64,000 nt of DNA, from the NCBI GenBank assembly GCA_964016885.1, contig OZ024744.1, forward strand, positions 23,002,001 to 23,066,000, in the 5' to 3' direction. Under the pieces are notes generated by a model. It saw only the letters and a program-made list of their open reading frames with translations, was not told the origin of the DNA and did no database searches. The position numbers were made by a program, and so were the translations under genes. Positions within the stretch are counted from its first letter, which is position 1, and every line of letters begins with the position of its first letter. Origin of the DNA: Eledone cirrhosa. Its lineage: Eukaryota. Positions 37,501-52,000 of the stretch are shown in pieces.

Positions 37501-40500
37501 TAAAACGAGTTTATCTTAAAATTCAGCCGTTGTTAAAACGAGTCAGTTCTTAATATTCAACTGTTGTTAAAACGAGTTTTATCTTAAGATTCAACTGTTG
37601 TTAAAATGAGTCAGTTCTTAAGATTCAACTGTTGTTAAAACGAGTTTTATTTGAGGATTCAACTGTTGTTAAAACGAGTCAGTTCTTAAAGTTGAACTGT
37701 TGATAAAACGAGTCAGTTCTTAAGATTCAACTGTTGTTAAAACGAGTTTTATCTTAAGATTCAACTGTTGTTAAAATGAGTCAGTTCTTAAGATTCAACT
37801 GTTGTTAAAACGAGTTTTATTTGAAGATTCAACTGTTGTTAAAACGAGTCAGTGCTTAAGGTTGAACTGTTGATAAAACGAGTCAGTTCTTAAGATTCAA
37901 CTGTTGTTAAAACGAGTTTTATCTTAAGATTCAGATGTTGTTAAAACGAGTCAGTTCTTAAGATTCAACTGTTGTTAAAACGAATTTTATCTTAAGATTC
38001 AACTGTTGTTAAAACGAGTTTTATCTTAAGATTCAGCTGTTGTTAAAATGAATCAGTTCTTAAGATTCAACTGTTGTTAAAACGAGTTTTATTTGAAGAT
38101 TCAACTGTTGTTAAGACGAGTCAGTTCTTAAGGTTGAACTCTTGATAAAACGAGTCAGTTCTTAAGATTCAACTGTTGTAAAACGAGTTTTATCTTAAGA
38201 TTCAACTGTTGTTAAAATGAGTCAGTTCTTAAGATTCAACCGTTGTTAAAACGAGTTTTATCTTAAGATTCAACTGTTGTTAAAATGAGTCAGTTCTTAA
38301 GATTCAACCGTTGTTAAAACGAGTTTTATCTTAAGATTCAACTGTTGTTAAAACGAGTCAGTTCTTAAGATTCAACTGTTGTTAAAGCGAGTTTTATTTG
38401 AAGATTCAACTGTTGTTAAAACGAGTCAGTGCTTAAGGTTGAACTGTTGATAAAACGAGTCAGTTCTTAAGATTCAACTGTTGTTAAAACGAGTTTTGTC
38501 TTAAGATTCAGCTGTTGTTAAAACGAGTCAGTTCTTAAGATTCAACTGTTGTTAAAACGAATTTTATCTAAAGATTCAACTGTTGTTAAAACGAGTTTTA
38601 TCTTAAGATTCAGCTGTTGTTAAAACGAATCAGTTCTTAAGATTCAACTGTTGTTAAAACTAATTTTATTTGAAGATTCAACTGTTGTTAAGATGAGTCA
38701 GTTCTTAAGGTTGAACTGTTGATAAAACGAGTCAGTTCTTAAGATTCAACTGTTGTTAAAACGAGTTTTATCTTAAAATTCAGCCGTTGTTAAAACGAGT
38801 CAGTTCTTAAGATTCAACTGTTGTTAAAACGAGTTTTATCTTAATATTCAACTGTTGTTAAAATGAGTCAGTTCTTAAGATTCAACTGTTGTTAAAACGA
38901 GTTTTATTTGAGGATTCAACTGTTGTTAAAACGAGTCAGTTCTTAAGGTTGAACTGTTGATAAAACGAGTCAGTTCTTAAGATTCAACTGTTGTTAAAAC
39001 GAGTTTATCTTAAAATTCAGCCGTTGTTAAAACGAGTCAGTTCTTAATATTCAACTGTTGTTAAAACGAGTTTTATCTTAAGATTCAACTGTTGTTAAAA
39101 TGAGTCAGTTCTTAAGATTCAACTGTTGTTAAAACGAGTTTTATTTGAGGATTCAACTGTTGTTAAAACGAGTCAGTTCTTAAAGTTGAACTGTTGATAA
39201 AACGAGTCAGTTCTTAAGATTCAACTGTTGTTAAAACGAGTTTTATCTTAAGATTCAACTGTTGTTAAAATGAGTCAGTTCTTAAGATTCAACTGTTGTT
39301 AAAACGAGTTTTATCTTAAGATTCAACTGTTGTTAAAACGAGTTTTATCTTAAGATTCAGCTGTTGTTAAAACGAGTCAGTTCTTAAGATTCAACTGTTG
39401 TTAAAACGAGTGTTATCTTAAGATTCATCTGTTGTTAAAACGAGTCAGTTCTGAAGAATCAACTGTTGTTAAAACGAGTTTTATTTGAAGATTCAACTGT
39501 TGTTAAAACGAGTCAGTGCTTAAGGTTGAACTGTTGATAAAACGAGTCAGTTCTTAAGATTCAACTGTTGTTAAAACGAGTTTTATCTTAAGATTCAGAT
39601 GTTGTTAAAACGAGTCAGTTCTTAAGATTCAACTGTTGTTAAAACGAATTTTATCTTAAGATTCAACTGTTGTTAAAACGAGTTTTATCTTAAGATTCAG
39701 CTGTTGTTAAAATGAATCAGTTCTTAAGATTCAACTGTTGTTAAAACGAGTTTTATTTGAAGATTCAACTGTTGTTAAGACGAGTCAGTTCTTAAGGTTG
39801 AACTCTTGATAAAACGAGTCAGTTCTTAAGATTCAACTGTTGTAAAACGAGTTTTATCTTAAGATTCAACTGTTGTTAAAATGAGTCAGTTCTTAAGATT
39901 CAACCGTTGTTAAAACGAGTTTTATCTTAAGATTCAACTGTTGTTAAAATGAGTCAGTTCTTAAGATTCAACCGTTGTTAAAACGAGTTTTATCTTAAGA
40001 TTCAACTGTTGTTAAAACGAGTCAGTTCTTAAGATTCAACTGTTGTTAAAGCGAGTTTTATTTGAAGATTCAACTGTTGTTAAAACGAGTCAGTGCTTAA
40101 GGTTGAACTGTTGATAAAACGAGTCAGTTCTTAAGATTCAACTGTTGTTAAAACGAGTTTTGTCTTAAGATTCAGCTGTTGTTAAAACGAGTCAGTTCTT
40201 AAGATTCAACTGTTGTTAAAACGAATTTTATCTAAAGATTCAACTGTTGTTAAAACGAGTTTTATCTTAAGATTCATCTGTTGTTAAAACGAATCAGTTC
40301 TTAAGATTCAACTGTTGTTAAAACTAATTTTATTTGAAGATTCAACTGTTGTTAAGATGAGTCAGTTCTTAAGGTTGAACTGTTGATAAAACGAGTCAGT
40401 TCTTAAGATTCAACTGTTGTTAAAACGAGTTTTATCTTAAAATTCAGCCGTTGTTAAAACGAGTCAGTTCTTAAGATTCAACTGTTGTTAAAACGAGTTT

Positions 40501-43500
40501 TATCTTAATATTCAACTGTTGTTAAAATGAGTCAGTTCTTAAGATTCAACTGTTGTTAAAACGAGTTTTATTTGAGGATTCAACTGTTGTTAAAACGAGT
40601 CAGTTCTTAAGGTTGAACTGTTGATAAAACGAGTCAGTTCTTAAGATTCAACTGTTGTTAAAACGAGTTTTATCTTAAGATTCAACTGTTGTTAAAATGA
40701 GTCAGTTCTTAAGATTCAACTGTTGTTAAAACGAGTTTTATCTTAAGATTCAACTGTTGTTAAAACGAGTCAGTTCTTAAGATTCAACTGTTGTTAAAAC
40801 GAGTTTTATTTGAAGATTCAACTGTTGTTAAAACGAGTCAGTGCTTAAGGTTGAACTGTTGATAAAACGAGTCAGTTCTTAAGATTCAACTGTTGTTAAA
40901 AAGAGTTTTATCTTAAGATTCAGCTGTTGTTAAAACGAGTCAGTTCTTAAGATTCAACTGTTGTTAAAACGAATTTTATCTTAAGATTCAACTGTTGTTA
41001 AAACGAGTTTTATCTTAAGATTCAGCTGTTGTTAAAACGAATCAGCTCTTAAGATTCAACTGTTGTTAAAACGAATTTTATTTGAAGATTCAACTGTTGT
41101 TAAGATGAGTCAGTTCTTCAGGTTGAACTGTTCATAAAACGAGTCAGTTCTTAAGATTCAACTGTTGTTAAAACGAGTTTTATCTTAAGATTTAGCTGTT
41201 GTTAAAACGAGTTAGTTCTTAAGATTCAACTGTTGTTAAAACGAGTTTATCTTAAAATTCAGCCGTTGTTAAAACGAGTCAGTTCTTAAGATTCAACTGT
41301 TGTTAAAACGAGTTTTATCTTAAGATTCAACTGTTGTTAAAACGAGTTTTATCTTAAGATTCAGCTGTTGTTAAAACGAGTCAGTTCTTAAGATTCAACT
41401 GTTGTTAAACGAATTTTATCTTAAGATTCAACTGTTGTTAAAACGAGTTTTATCTTAAGATTCAGCTGTTGTTAAAACGAATCAGTTCTTAAGATTCAAC
41501 TGTTGTTAAAACTCGTTTTATCTTAAGATTCAACTGTTGTTAAAACGAATCAGTTCTTAAGATTCAACTGTTGTTAAAACGAGTGTTATCTTAAGATTCA
41601 TCTGTTGTTAAAACGAATCAGTTCTGAAGAATCAACTGTTGTTAAAACGAGTTTTATTTGAAGATTCAACTGTTGTTAAAACGAGTCAGTGCTTTAGGTT
41701 GAACTGTTGATAAAACGAGTCAGTTCTTAAGATTCAACTGTTGTTAAAACGAGTTTTATCTTAAGATTCAGATGTTGTTAAAACGAGTCAGTTCTTAAGA
41801 TTCAACTGTTGTTAAAACGAATTTTATCTTAAGATTCAACTGTTGTTAAAACGAGTTTTATCTTAAGATTCAGCTATTGTTAAAACGAATCAGTTCTTAA
41901 GATTCAACTGTTGTTAAAACGAGTTTTATTTGAAGATTCAACTGTTGTTAAGACGAGTCAGTTCTTAAGGTTGAACTCTTGATAAAACGAGTTAGTTCTT
42001 AAGATTCAACTGTTGTAAAACGAGTTTTATCTTAAGATTCAGCTGTTGTTAAAACGAGTCAGTTCTTAAGATTCAACTGTTATTAAAACGAGTTTTATCT
42101 TAAGATTCAACTGTTGTTAAAACGAATCAGTTCTTAAGATTCAACTGTTGTTAAAATGAGTCAGTTCTTAAGATTCAACTGTTGTAAAAACTAGTTTCAT
42201 CTTAAGATTCAACTGTTGTTAAAATGAGTCAGCTCTTAAGATTCAACTGTTGTTAAAACGAGTTTTATCTTAAGATTCAACTGTTGTTAAAACGAGTCAG
42301 TTCTTAAGATTCAACTGTTGTTAAAACGAGTTTTATTTGAGGATTCAACTGTTGTTAAAACGAGTCAGTTCTTAAAGTTGAACTGTTGATAAAACGAGTC
42401 AGTTCTTAAGATTCAACTGTTGTTAAAACGAGTTTTATCTTAAGATTCAACTGTTGTTAAAATGAGTCAGTTCTTAAGATTCAACTGTTGTTAAAACGAG
42501 TTTTATCTTAAGATTCAACTGTTGTTAAAACGAGTTTTATCTTAAGATTCAGCTGTTGTTAAAACGAGTCAGTTCTTAAGATTCAACTGTTGTTAAAACG
42601 AGTGTTATCTTAAGATTCATCTGTTGTTAAAACGAGTCAGTTCTGAAGAATCAACTGTTGTTAAAACGAGTTTTATTTGAAGATTCAACTGTTGTTAAAA
42701 CGAGTCAGTGCTTAAGGTTGAACTGTTGATAAAACGAGTCAGTTCTTAAGATTCAACTGTTGTTAAAACGAGTTTTATCTTAAGATTCAGATGTTGTTAA
42801 AACGAGTCAGTTCTTAAGATTCAACTGTTGTTAAAACGAATTTTATCTTAAGATTCAACTGTTGTTAAAACGAGTTTTATCTTAAGATTCAGCTGTTGTT
42901 AAAATGAATCAGTTCTTAAGATTCAACTGTTGTTAAAACGAGTTTTATTTGAAGATTCAACTGTTGTTAAGACGAGTCAGTTCTTAAGGTTGAACTCTTG
43001 ATAAAACGAGTCAGTTCTTAAGATTCAACTGTTGTAAAACGAGTTTTATCTTAAGATTCAACTGTTGTTAAAATGAGTCAGTTCTTAAGATTCAACCGTT
43101 GTTAAAACGAGTTTTATCTTAAGATTCAACTGTTGTTAAAATGAGTCAGTTCTTAAGATTCAACCGTTGTTAAAACGAGTTTTATCTTAAGATTCAACTG
43201 TTGTTAAAACGAGTCAGTTCTTAAGATTCAACTGTTGTTAAAGCGAGTTTTATTTGAAGATTCAACTGTTGTTAAAACGAGTCAGTGCTTAAGGTTGAAC
43301 TGTTGATAAAACGAGTCAGTTCTTAAGATTCAACTGTTGTTAAAACGAGTTTTGTCTTAAGATTCAGCTGTTGTTAAAACGAGTCAGTTCTTAAGATTCA
43401 ACTGTTGTTAAAACGAATTTTATCTAAAGATTCAACTGTTGTTAAAACGAGTTTTATCTTAAGATTCAGCTGTTGTTAAAACGAATCAGTTCTTAAGATT

Positions 43501-46500
43501 CAACTGTTGTTAAAACTAATTTTATTTGAAGATTCAACTGTTGTTAAGATGAGTCAGTTCTTAAGGTTGAACTGTTGATAAAACGAGTCAGTTCTTAAGA
43601 TTCAACTGTTGTTAAAACGAGTTTTATCTTAAAATTCAGCCGTTGTTAAAACGAGTCAGTTCTTAATATTCAACTGTTGTTAAAACGAGTTTTATCTTAA
43701 GATTCAACTGTTGTTAAAATGAGTCAGTTCTTAAGATTCAACTGTTGTTAAAACGAGTTTTATCTTAAGATTTAGCTGTTGTTAAAACGAGTCAGTTCTT
43801 AAGATTCAACTGTTGTTAAAACGAGTTTATCTTAAAATTCAGCCGTTGTTAAAACGAGTCAGTTCTTAATATTCAACTGTTGTTAAAACGAGTTTTATCT
43901 TAAGATTCAACTGTTGTTAAAATGAGTCAGTTCTTAAGATTCAACTGTTGTTAAAACGAGTTTTATTTGAGGATTCAACTGTTGTTAAAACGAGTCAGTT
44001 CTTAAAGTTGAACTGTTGATAAAACGAGTCAGTTCTTAAGATTCAACTGTTGTTAAAACGAGTTTTATCTTAAGATTCAACTGTTGTTAAAATGAGTCAG
44101 TTCTTAAGATTCAACTGTTGTTAAAACGAGTTTTATCTTAAGATTCAACTGTTGTTAAAACGAGTTTTATCTTAAGATTCAGCTGTTGTTAAAACGAGTC
44201 AGTTCTTAAGATTCAACTGTTGTTAAAACGAGTGTTATCTTAAGATTCATCTGTTGTTAAAACGAGTCAGTTCTGAAGAATCAACTGTTGTTAAAACGAG
44301 TTTTATTTGAAGATTCAACTGTTGTTAAAACGAGTCAGTGCTTAAGGTTGAACTGTTGATAAAACGAGTCAGTTCTTAAGATTCAACTGTTGTTAAAACG
44401 AGTTTTATCTTAAGATTCAGATGTTGTTAAAACGAGTCAGTTCTTAAGATTCAACTGTTGTTAAAACGAATTTTATCTTAAGATTCAACTGTTGTTAAAA
44501 CGAGTTTTATCTTAAGATTCAGCTGTTGTTAAAATGAATCAGTTCTTAAGATTCAACTGTTGTTAAAACGAGTTTTATTTGAAGATTCAACTGTTGTTAA
44601 GACGAGTCAGTTCTTAAGGTTGAACTCTTGATAAAACGAGTCAGTTCTTAAGATTCAACTGTTGTAAAACGAGTTTTATCTTAAGATTCAACTGTTGTTA
44701 AAATGAGTCAGTTCTTAAGATTCAACCGTTGTTAAAACGAGTTTTATCTTAAGATTCAACTGTTGTTAAAATGAGTCAGTTCTTAAGATTCAACCGTTGT
44801 TAAAACGAGTTTTATCTTAAGATTCAACTGTTGTTAAAACGAGTCAGTTCTTAAGATTCAACTGTTGTTAAAGCGAGTTTTATTTGAAGATTCAACTGTT
44901 GTTAAAACGGGTCAGTGCTTAAGGTTGAACTGTTGATAAAACGAGTCAGTTCTTAAGATTCAACTGTTGTTAAAACGAGTTTTGTCTTAAGATTCAGCTG
45001 TTGTTAAAACGAGTCAGTTCTTAAGATTCAACTGTTGTTAAAACGAATTTTATCTAAAGATTCAACTGTTGTTAAAACGAGTTTTATCTTAAGATTCAGC
45101 TGTTGTTAAAACGAATCAGTTCTTAAGATTCAACTGTTGTTAAAACTAATTTTATTTGAAGATTCAACTGTTGTTAAGATGAGTCAGTTCTTAAGGTTGA
45201 ACTGTTGATAAAACGAGTCAGTTCTTAAGATTCAACTGTTGTTAAAACGAGTTTTATCTTAAAATTCAGCCGTTGTTAAAACGAGTCAGTTCTTAAGATT
45301 CAACTGTTGTTAAAACGAGTTTTATCTTAATATTCAACTGTTGTTAAAATGAGTCAGTTCTTAAGATTCAACTGTTGTTAAAACGAGTTTTATTTGAGGA
45401 TTCAACTGTTGTTAAAACGAGTCAGTTCTTAAGGTTGAACTGTTGATAAAACGAGTCAGTTCTTAAGATTCAACTGTTGTTAAAACGAGTTTATCTTAAA
45501 ATTCAGCCGTTGTTAAAACGAGTCAGTTCTTAATATTCAACTGTTGTTAAAACGAGTTTTATCTTAAGATTCAACTGTTGTTAAAATGAGTCAGTTCTTA
45601 AGATTCAATTGTTGTTAAAACGAGTTTTATTTGAGGATTCAACTGTTGTTAAAACGAGTCAGTTCTTAAAGTTGAACTGTTGATAAAACGAGTCAGTTCT
45701 TAAGATTCAACTGTTGTTAAAACGAGTTTTATCTTAAGATTCAACTGTTGTTAAAATGAGTCAGTTCTTAAGATTCAACTGTTGTTAAAACGAGTTTTAT
45801 CTTAAGATTCAACTGTTGTTAAAACGAGTTTTATCTTAAGATTCAGCTGTTGTTAAAACGAGTCAGTTCTTAAGATTCAACTGTTGTTAAAACGAGTGTT
45901 ATCTTAAGATTCATCTGTTGTTAAAACGAGTCAGTTCTGAAGAATCAACTGTTGTTAAAAAGAGTTTTATTTGAAGATTCAACTGTTGTTAAAACGAGTC
46001 AGTGCTTAAGGTTGAACTGTTGATAAAACGAGTCAGTTCTTAAGATTCAACTGTTGTTAAAACGAGTTTTATCTTAAGATTCAGATGTTGTTAACACGAG
46101 TCAGTTCTTAAGATTCAACTGTTGTTAAAACGAATTTTATCTTAAGATTCAACTGTTGTTAAAACGAGTTTTATCTTAAGATTCAGCTGTTGTTAAAATG
46201 AATCAGTTCTTAAGATTCAACTGTTGTTAAAACGAGTTTTATTTGAAGATTCAACTGTTGTTAAGACGAGTCAGTTCTTAAGGTTGAACTCTTGATAAAA
46301 CGAGTCAGTTCTTAAGATTCAACTGTTGTAAAACGAGTTTTATCTTAAGATTCAACTGTTGTTAAAATGAGTCAGTTCTTAAGATTCAACCGTTGTTAAA
46401 ACGAGTTTTATCTTAAGATTCAACTGTTGTTAAAATGAGTCAGTTCTTAAGATTCAACCGTTGTTAAAACGAGTTTTATCTTAAGATTCAACTGTTGTTA

Positions 46501-49500
46501 AAACGAGTCAGTTCTTAAGATTCAACTGTTGTTAAAGCGAGTTTTATTTGAAGATTCAACTGTTGTTAAAACGAGTCAGTGCTTAAGGTTGAACTGTTGA
46601 TAAAACGAGTCAGTTCTTAAGATTCAACTGTTGTTAAAACGAGTTTTGTCTTAAGATTCAGCTGTTGTTAAAACGAGTCAGTTCTTAAGATTCAACTGTT
46701 GTTAAAACGAATTTTATCTAAAGATTCAACTGTTGTTAAAACGAGTTTTATCTTAAGATTCAGCTGTTGTTAAAACGAATCAGTTCTTAAGATTCAACTG
46801 TTGTTAAAACTAATTTTATTTGAAGATTCAACTGTTGTTAAGATGAGTCAGTTCTTAAGGTTGAACTGTTGATAAAACGAGTCAGTTCTTAAGATTCAAC
46901 TGTTGTTAAAACGAGTTTTATCTTAAAATTCAGCCGTTGTTAAAACGAGTCAGTTCTTAAGATTCAACTGTTGTTAAAACGAGTTTTATCTTAATATTCA
47001 ACTGTTGTTAAAATGAGTCAGTTCTTAAGATTCAACTGTTGTTAAAACGAGTTTTATTTGAGGATTCAACTGTTGTTAAAACGAGTCAGTTCTTAAGGTT
47101 GAACTGTTGATAAAACGAGTCAGTTCTTAAGATTCAACTGTTGTTAAAACGAGTTTTATCTTAAGATTCAACTGTTGTTAAAATGAGTCAGTTCTTAAGA
47201 TTCAACTGTTGTTAAAACGAGTTTTATCTTAAGATTCAACTGTTGTTAAAACGAGTCAGTTCTTAAGATTCAACTGTTGTTAAAACGAGTTTTATTTGAA
47301 GATTCAACTGTTGTTAAAACGAGTCAGTGCTTAAGGTTGAACTGTTGATAAAACGAGTCAGTTCTTAAGATTCAACTGTTGTTAAAAAGAGTTTTATCTT
47401 AAGATTCAGCTGTTGTTAAAACGAGTCAGTTCTTAAGATTCAACTGTTGTTAAAACGAATTTTATCTTAAGATTCAACTGTTGTTAAAACGAGTTTTATC
47501 TTAAGATTCAGCTGTTGTTAAAACGAATCAGCTCTTAAGATTCAACTGTTGTTAAAACGAATTTTATTTGAAGATTCAACTGTTGTTAAGATGAGTCAGT
47601 TCTTAAGGTTGAACTGTTCATAAAACGAGTCAGTTCTTAAGATTCAACTGTTGTTAAAACGAGTTTTATCTTAAGATTTAGCTGTTGTTAAAACGAGTTA
47701 GTTCTTAAGATTCAACTGTTGTTAAAACGAGTTTATCTTAAAATTCAGCCGTTGTTAAAACGAGTCAGTTCTTAAGATTCAACTGTTGTTAAAACGAGTT
47801 TTATCTTAAGATTCAACTGTTGTTAAAACGAGTTTTATCTTAAGATTCAGCTGTTGTTAAAACGAGTCAGTTCTTAAGATTCAACTGTTGTTAAACGAAT
47901 TTTATCTTAAGATTCAACTGTTGTTAAAACGAGTTTTATCTTAAGATTCAGCTGTTGTTAAAACGAATCAGTTCTTAAGATTCAACTGTTGTTAAAACTC
48001 GTTTTATCTTAAGATTCAACTGTTGTTAAAACGAATCAGTTCTTAAGATTCAACTGTTGTTAAAACGAGTGTTATCTTAAGATTCATCTGTTGTTAAAAC
48101 GAATCAGTTCTGAAGAATCAACTGTTGTTAAAACGAGTTTTATTTGAAGATTCAACTGTTGTTAAAACGAGTCAGTGCTTTAGGTTGAACTGTTGATAAA
48201 ACGAGTCAGTTCATAAGATTCAACTGTTGTTAAAACGAGTTTTATCTTAAGATTCAGATGTTGTTAAAACGAGTCAGTTCTTAAGATTCAACTGTTGTTA
48301 AAACGAATTTTATCTTAAGATTCAACTGTTGTTAAAACGAGTTTTATCTTAAGATTCAGCTATTGTTAAAACGAATCAGTTCTTAAGATTCAACTGTTGT
48401 TAAAACGAGTTTTATTTGAAGATTCAACTGTTGTTAAGACGAGTCAGTTCTTAAGGTTGAACTCTTGATAAAACGAGTTAGTTCTTAAGATTCAACTGTT
48501 GTAAAACGAGTTTTATCTTAAGATTCAGCTGTTGTTAAAACGAGTCAGTTCTTAAGATTCAACTGTTATTAAAACGAGTTTTATCTTAAGATTCAACTGT
48601 TGTTAAAACGAATCAGTTCTTAAGATTCAACTGTTGTTAAAATGAGTCAGTTCTTAAGATTCAACTGTTGTAAAAACTAGTTTCATCTTAAGATTCAACT
48701 GTTGTTAAAATGAGTCAGCTCTTAAGATTCAACTGTTGTTAAAACGAGTTTTATCTTAAGATTCAACTGTTGTTAAAACGAGTCAGTTCTTAAGATTCAA
48801 CTGTTGTTAAAACGAGTTTTATTTGAGGATTCAACTGTTGTTAAAACGAGTCAGTTCTTAAAGTTGAACTGTTGATAAAACGAGTCAGTTCTTAAGATTC
48901 AACTGTTGTTAAAACGAGTTTTATCTTAAGATTCAACTGTTGTTAAAATGAGTCAGTTCTTAAGATTCAACTGTTGTTAAAACGAGTTTTATCTTAAGAT
49001 TCAACTGTTGTTAAAACGAGTTTTATCTTAAGATTCAGCTGTTGTTAAAACGTGTCAGTTCTTAAGATTCAACTGTTGTTAAAACGAGTGTTATCTTAAG
49101 ATTCATCTGTTGTTAAAACGAGTCAGTTCTGAAGAATCAACTGTTGTTAAAACGAGTTTTATTTGAAGATTCAACTGTTGTTAAAACGAGTCAGTGCTTA
49201 AGGTTGAACTGTTGATAAAACGAGTCAGTTCTTAAGATTCAACTGTTGTTAAAACGAGTTTTATCTTAAGATTCAGATGTTGTTAAAACGAGTCAGTTCT
49301 TAAGATTCAACTGTTGTTAAAACGAATTTTATCTTAAGATTCAACTGTTGTTAAAACGAGTTTTATCTTAAGATTCAGCTGTTGTTAAAATGAATCAGTT
49401 CTTAAGATTCAACTGTTGTTAAAACGAGTTTTATTTGAAGATTCAACTGTTGTTAAGACGAGTCAGTTCTTAAGGTTGAACTCTTGATAAAACGAGTCAG

Positions 49501-52000
49501 TTCTTAAGATTCAACTGTTGTAAAACGAGTTTTATCTTAAGATTCAACTGTTGTTAAAATGAGTCAGTTCTTAAGATTCAACCGTTGTTAAAACGAGTTT
49601 TATCTTAAGATTCAACTGTTGTTAAAATGAGTCAGTTCTTAAGATTCAACCGTTGTTAAAACGAGTTTTATCTTAAGATTCAACTGTTGTTAAAACGAGT
49701 CAGTTCTTAAGATTCAACTGTTGTTAAAGCGAGTTTTATTTGAAGATTCAACTGTTGTTAAAACGAGTCAGTGCTTAAGGTTGAACTGTTGATAAAACGA
49801 GTCAGTTCTTAAGATTCAACTGTTGTTAAAACGAGTTTTGTCTTAAGATTCAGCTGTTGTTAAAACGAGTCAGTTCTTAAGATTCAACTGTTGTTAAAAC
49901 GAATTTTATCTAAAGATTCAACTGTTGTTAAAACGAGTTTTATCTTAAGATTCAGCTGTTGTTAAAACGAATCAGTTCTTAAGATTCAACTGTTGTTAAA
50001 ACTAATTTTATTTGAAGATTCAACTGTTGTTAAGATGAGTCAGTTCTTAAGGTTGAACTGTTGATAAAACGAGTCAGTTCTTAAGATTCAACTGTTGTTA
50101 AAACGAGTTTTATCTTAAAATTCAGCCGTTGTTAAAACGAGTCAGTTCTTAAGATTCAACTGTTGTTAAAACGAGTTTTATCTTAATATTCAACTGTTGT
50201 TAAAATGAGTCAGTTCTTAAGATTCAACTGTTGTTAAAACGAGTTTTATTTGAGGATTCAACTGTTGTTAAAACGAGTCAGTTCTTAAGGTTGAACTGTT
50301 GATAAAACGAGTCAGTTCTTAAGATTCAACTGTTGTTAAAACGAGTTTTATCTTAATATTCAACTGTTGTTAAAATGAGTCAGTTCTTAAGATTCAACTG
50401 TTGTTAAAACGAGTTTTATCTTAAGATTCAACTGTTGTTAAAACGAGTCAGTTCTTAAGATTCAACTGTTGTTAAAACGAGTTTTATTTGAAGATTCAAC
50501 TGTTGTTAAAACGAGTCAGTGCTTAAGGTTGAACTGTTGATAAAACGAGTCAGTTCTTAAGATTCAACTGTTGTTAAAAAGAGTTTTATCTTAAGATTCA
50601 GCTGTTGTTAAAACGAGTCAGTTCTTAAGATTCAACTGTTGTTAAAACGAATTTTATCTTAAGATTCAACTGTTGTTAAAACGAGTTTTATCTTAAGATT
50701 CAGCTGTTGTTAAAACGAATCAGCTCTTAAGATTCAACTGTTGTTAAAACGAATTTTATTTGAAGATTCAACTGTTGTTAAGATGAGTCAGTTCTTAAGG
50801 TTGAACTGTTCATAAAACGAGTCAGTTCTTAAGATTCAACTGTTGTTAAAACGAGTTTTATCTTAAGATTTAGCTGTTGTTAAAACGAGTTAGTTCTTAA
50901 GATTCAACTGTTGTTAAAACGAGATTATCTTAAAATTCAGCCGTTGTTAAAACGAGTCAGTTCTTAAGATTCAACTGTTGTTAAAACGAGTTTTATCTTA
51001 AGATTCAACTGTTGTTAAAACGAGTTTTATCTTAAGATTCAGCTGTTGTTAAAACGAGTCAGTTCTTAAGATTCAACTGTTGTTAAACGAATTTTATCTT
51101 AAGATTCAACTGTTGTTAAAACGAGTTTTATCTTAAGATTCAGCTGTTGTTAAAACGAATCAGTTCTTAAGATTCAACTGTTGTTAAAACTCGTTTTATC
51201 TTAAGATTCAACTGTTGTTAAAACGAATCAGTTCTTAAGATTCAACTGTTGTTAAAACGAGTGTTATCTTAAGATTCATCTGTTGTTAAAACGAATCAGT
51301 TCTGAAGAATCAACTGTTGTTAAAACGAGTTTTATTTGAAGATTCAACTGTTGTTAAAACGAGTCAGTGCTTTAGGTTGAACTGTTGATAAAACGAGTCA
51401 GTTCTTAAGATTCAACTGTTGTTAAAACGAGTTTTATCTTAAGATTCAGATGTTGTTAAAACGAGTCAGTTCTTAAGATTCAACTGTTGTTAAAACGAAT
51501 TTTATCTTAAGATTCAACTGTTGTTAAAACGAGTTTTATCTTAAGATTCAGCTATTGTTAAAACGAATCAGTTCTTAAGATTCAACTGTTGTTAAAACGA
51601 GTTTTATTTGAAGATTCAACTGTTGTTAAGACGAGTCAGTTCTTAAGGTTGAACTCTTGATAAAACGAGTTAGTTCTTAAGATTCAACTGTTGTAAAACG
51701 AGTTTTATCTTAAGATTCAGCTGTTGTTAAAACGAGTCAGTTCTTAAGATTCAACTGTTATTAAAACGAGTTTTATCTTAAGATTCAACTGTTGTTAAAA
51801 CGAATCAGTTCTTAAGATTCAACTGTTGTTAAAATGAGTCAGTTCTTAAGATTCAACTGTTGTAAAAACTAGTTTCATCTTAAGATTCAACTGTTGTTAA
51901 AATGAGTCAGCTCTTAAGATTCAACTGTTGTTAAAACGAGTTTTATCTTAAGATTCAACTGTTGTTAAAACGAGTCAGTTCTTAAGATTCAACTGTTGTT
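31590..52000. repeat. Higher-order repeat domain 4: mosaic of 1664-bp (49-monomer) and 3192-bp (94-monomer) units
   Basis: The G of the TTTTGTCTT marker lies at 32760, 34424, 38498, 40162, 43354, 44984, 46648 and 49840 (spacings 1664, 4074, 1664, 3192, 1630, 1664, 3192). CTTAATATTC (31641/33305) and CTTAAAGTTG (31777/33441) confirm 1664. ACTCG at 47997/51189 confirms 3192. Confidence 0.87.
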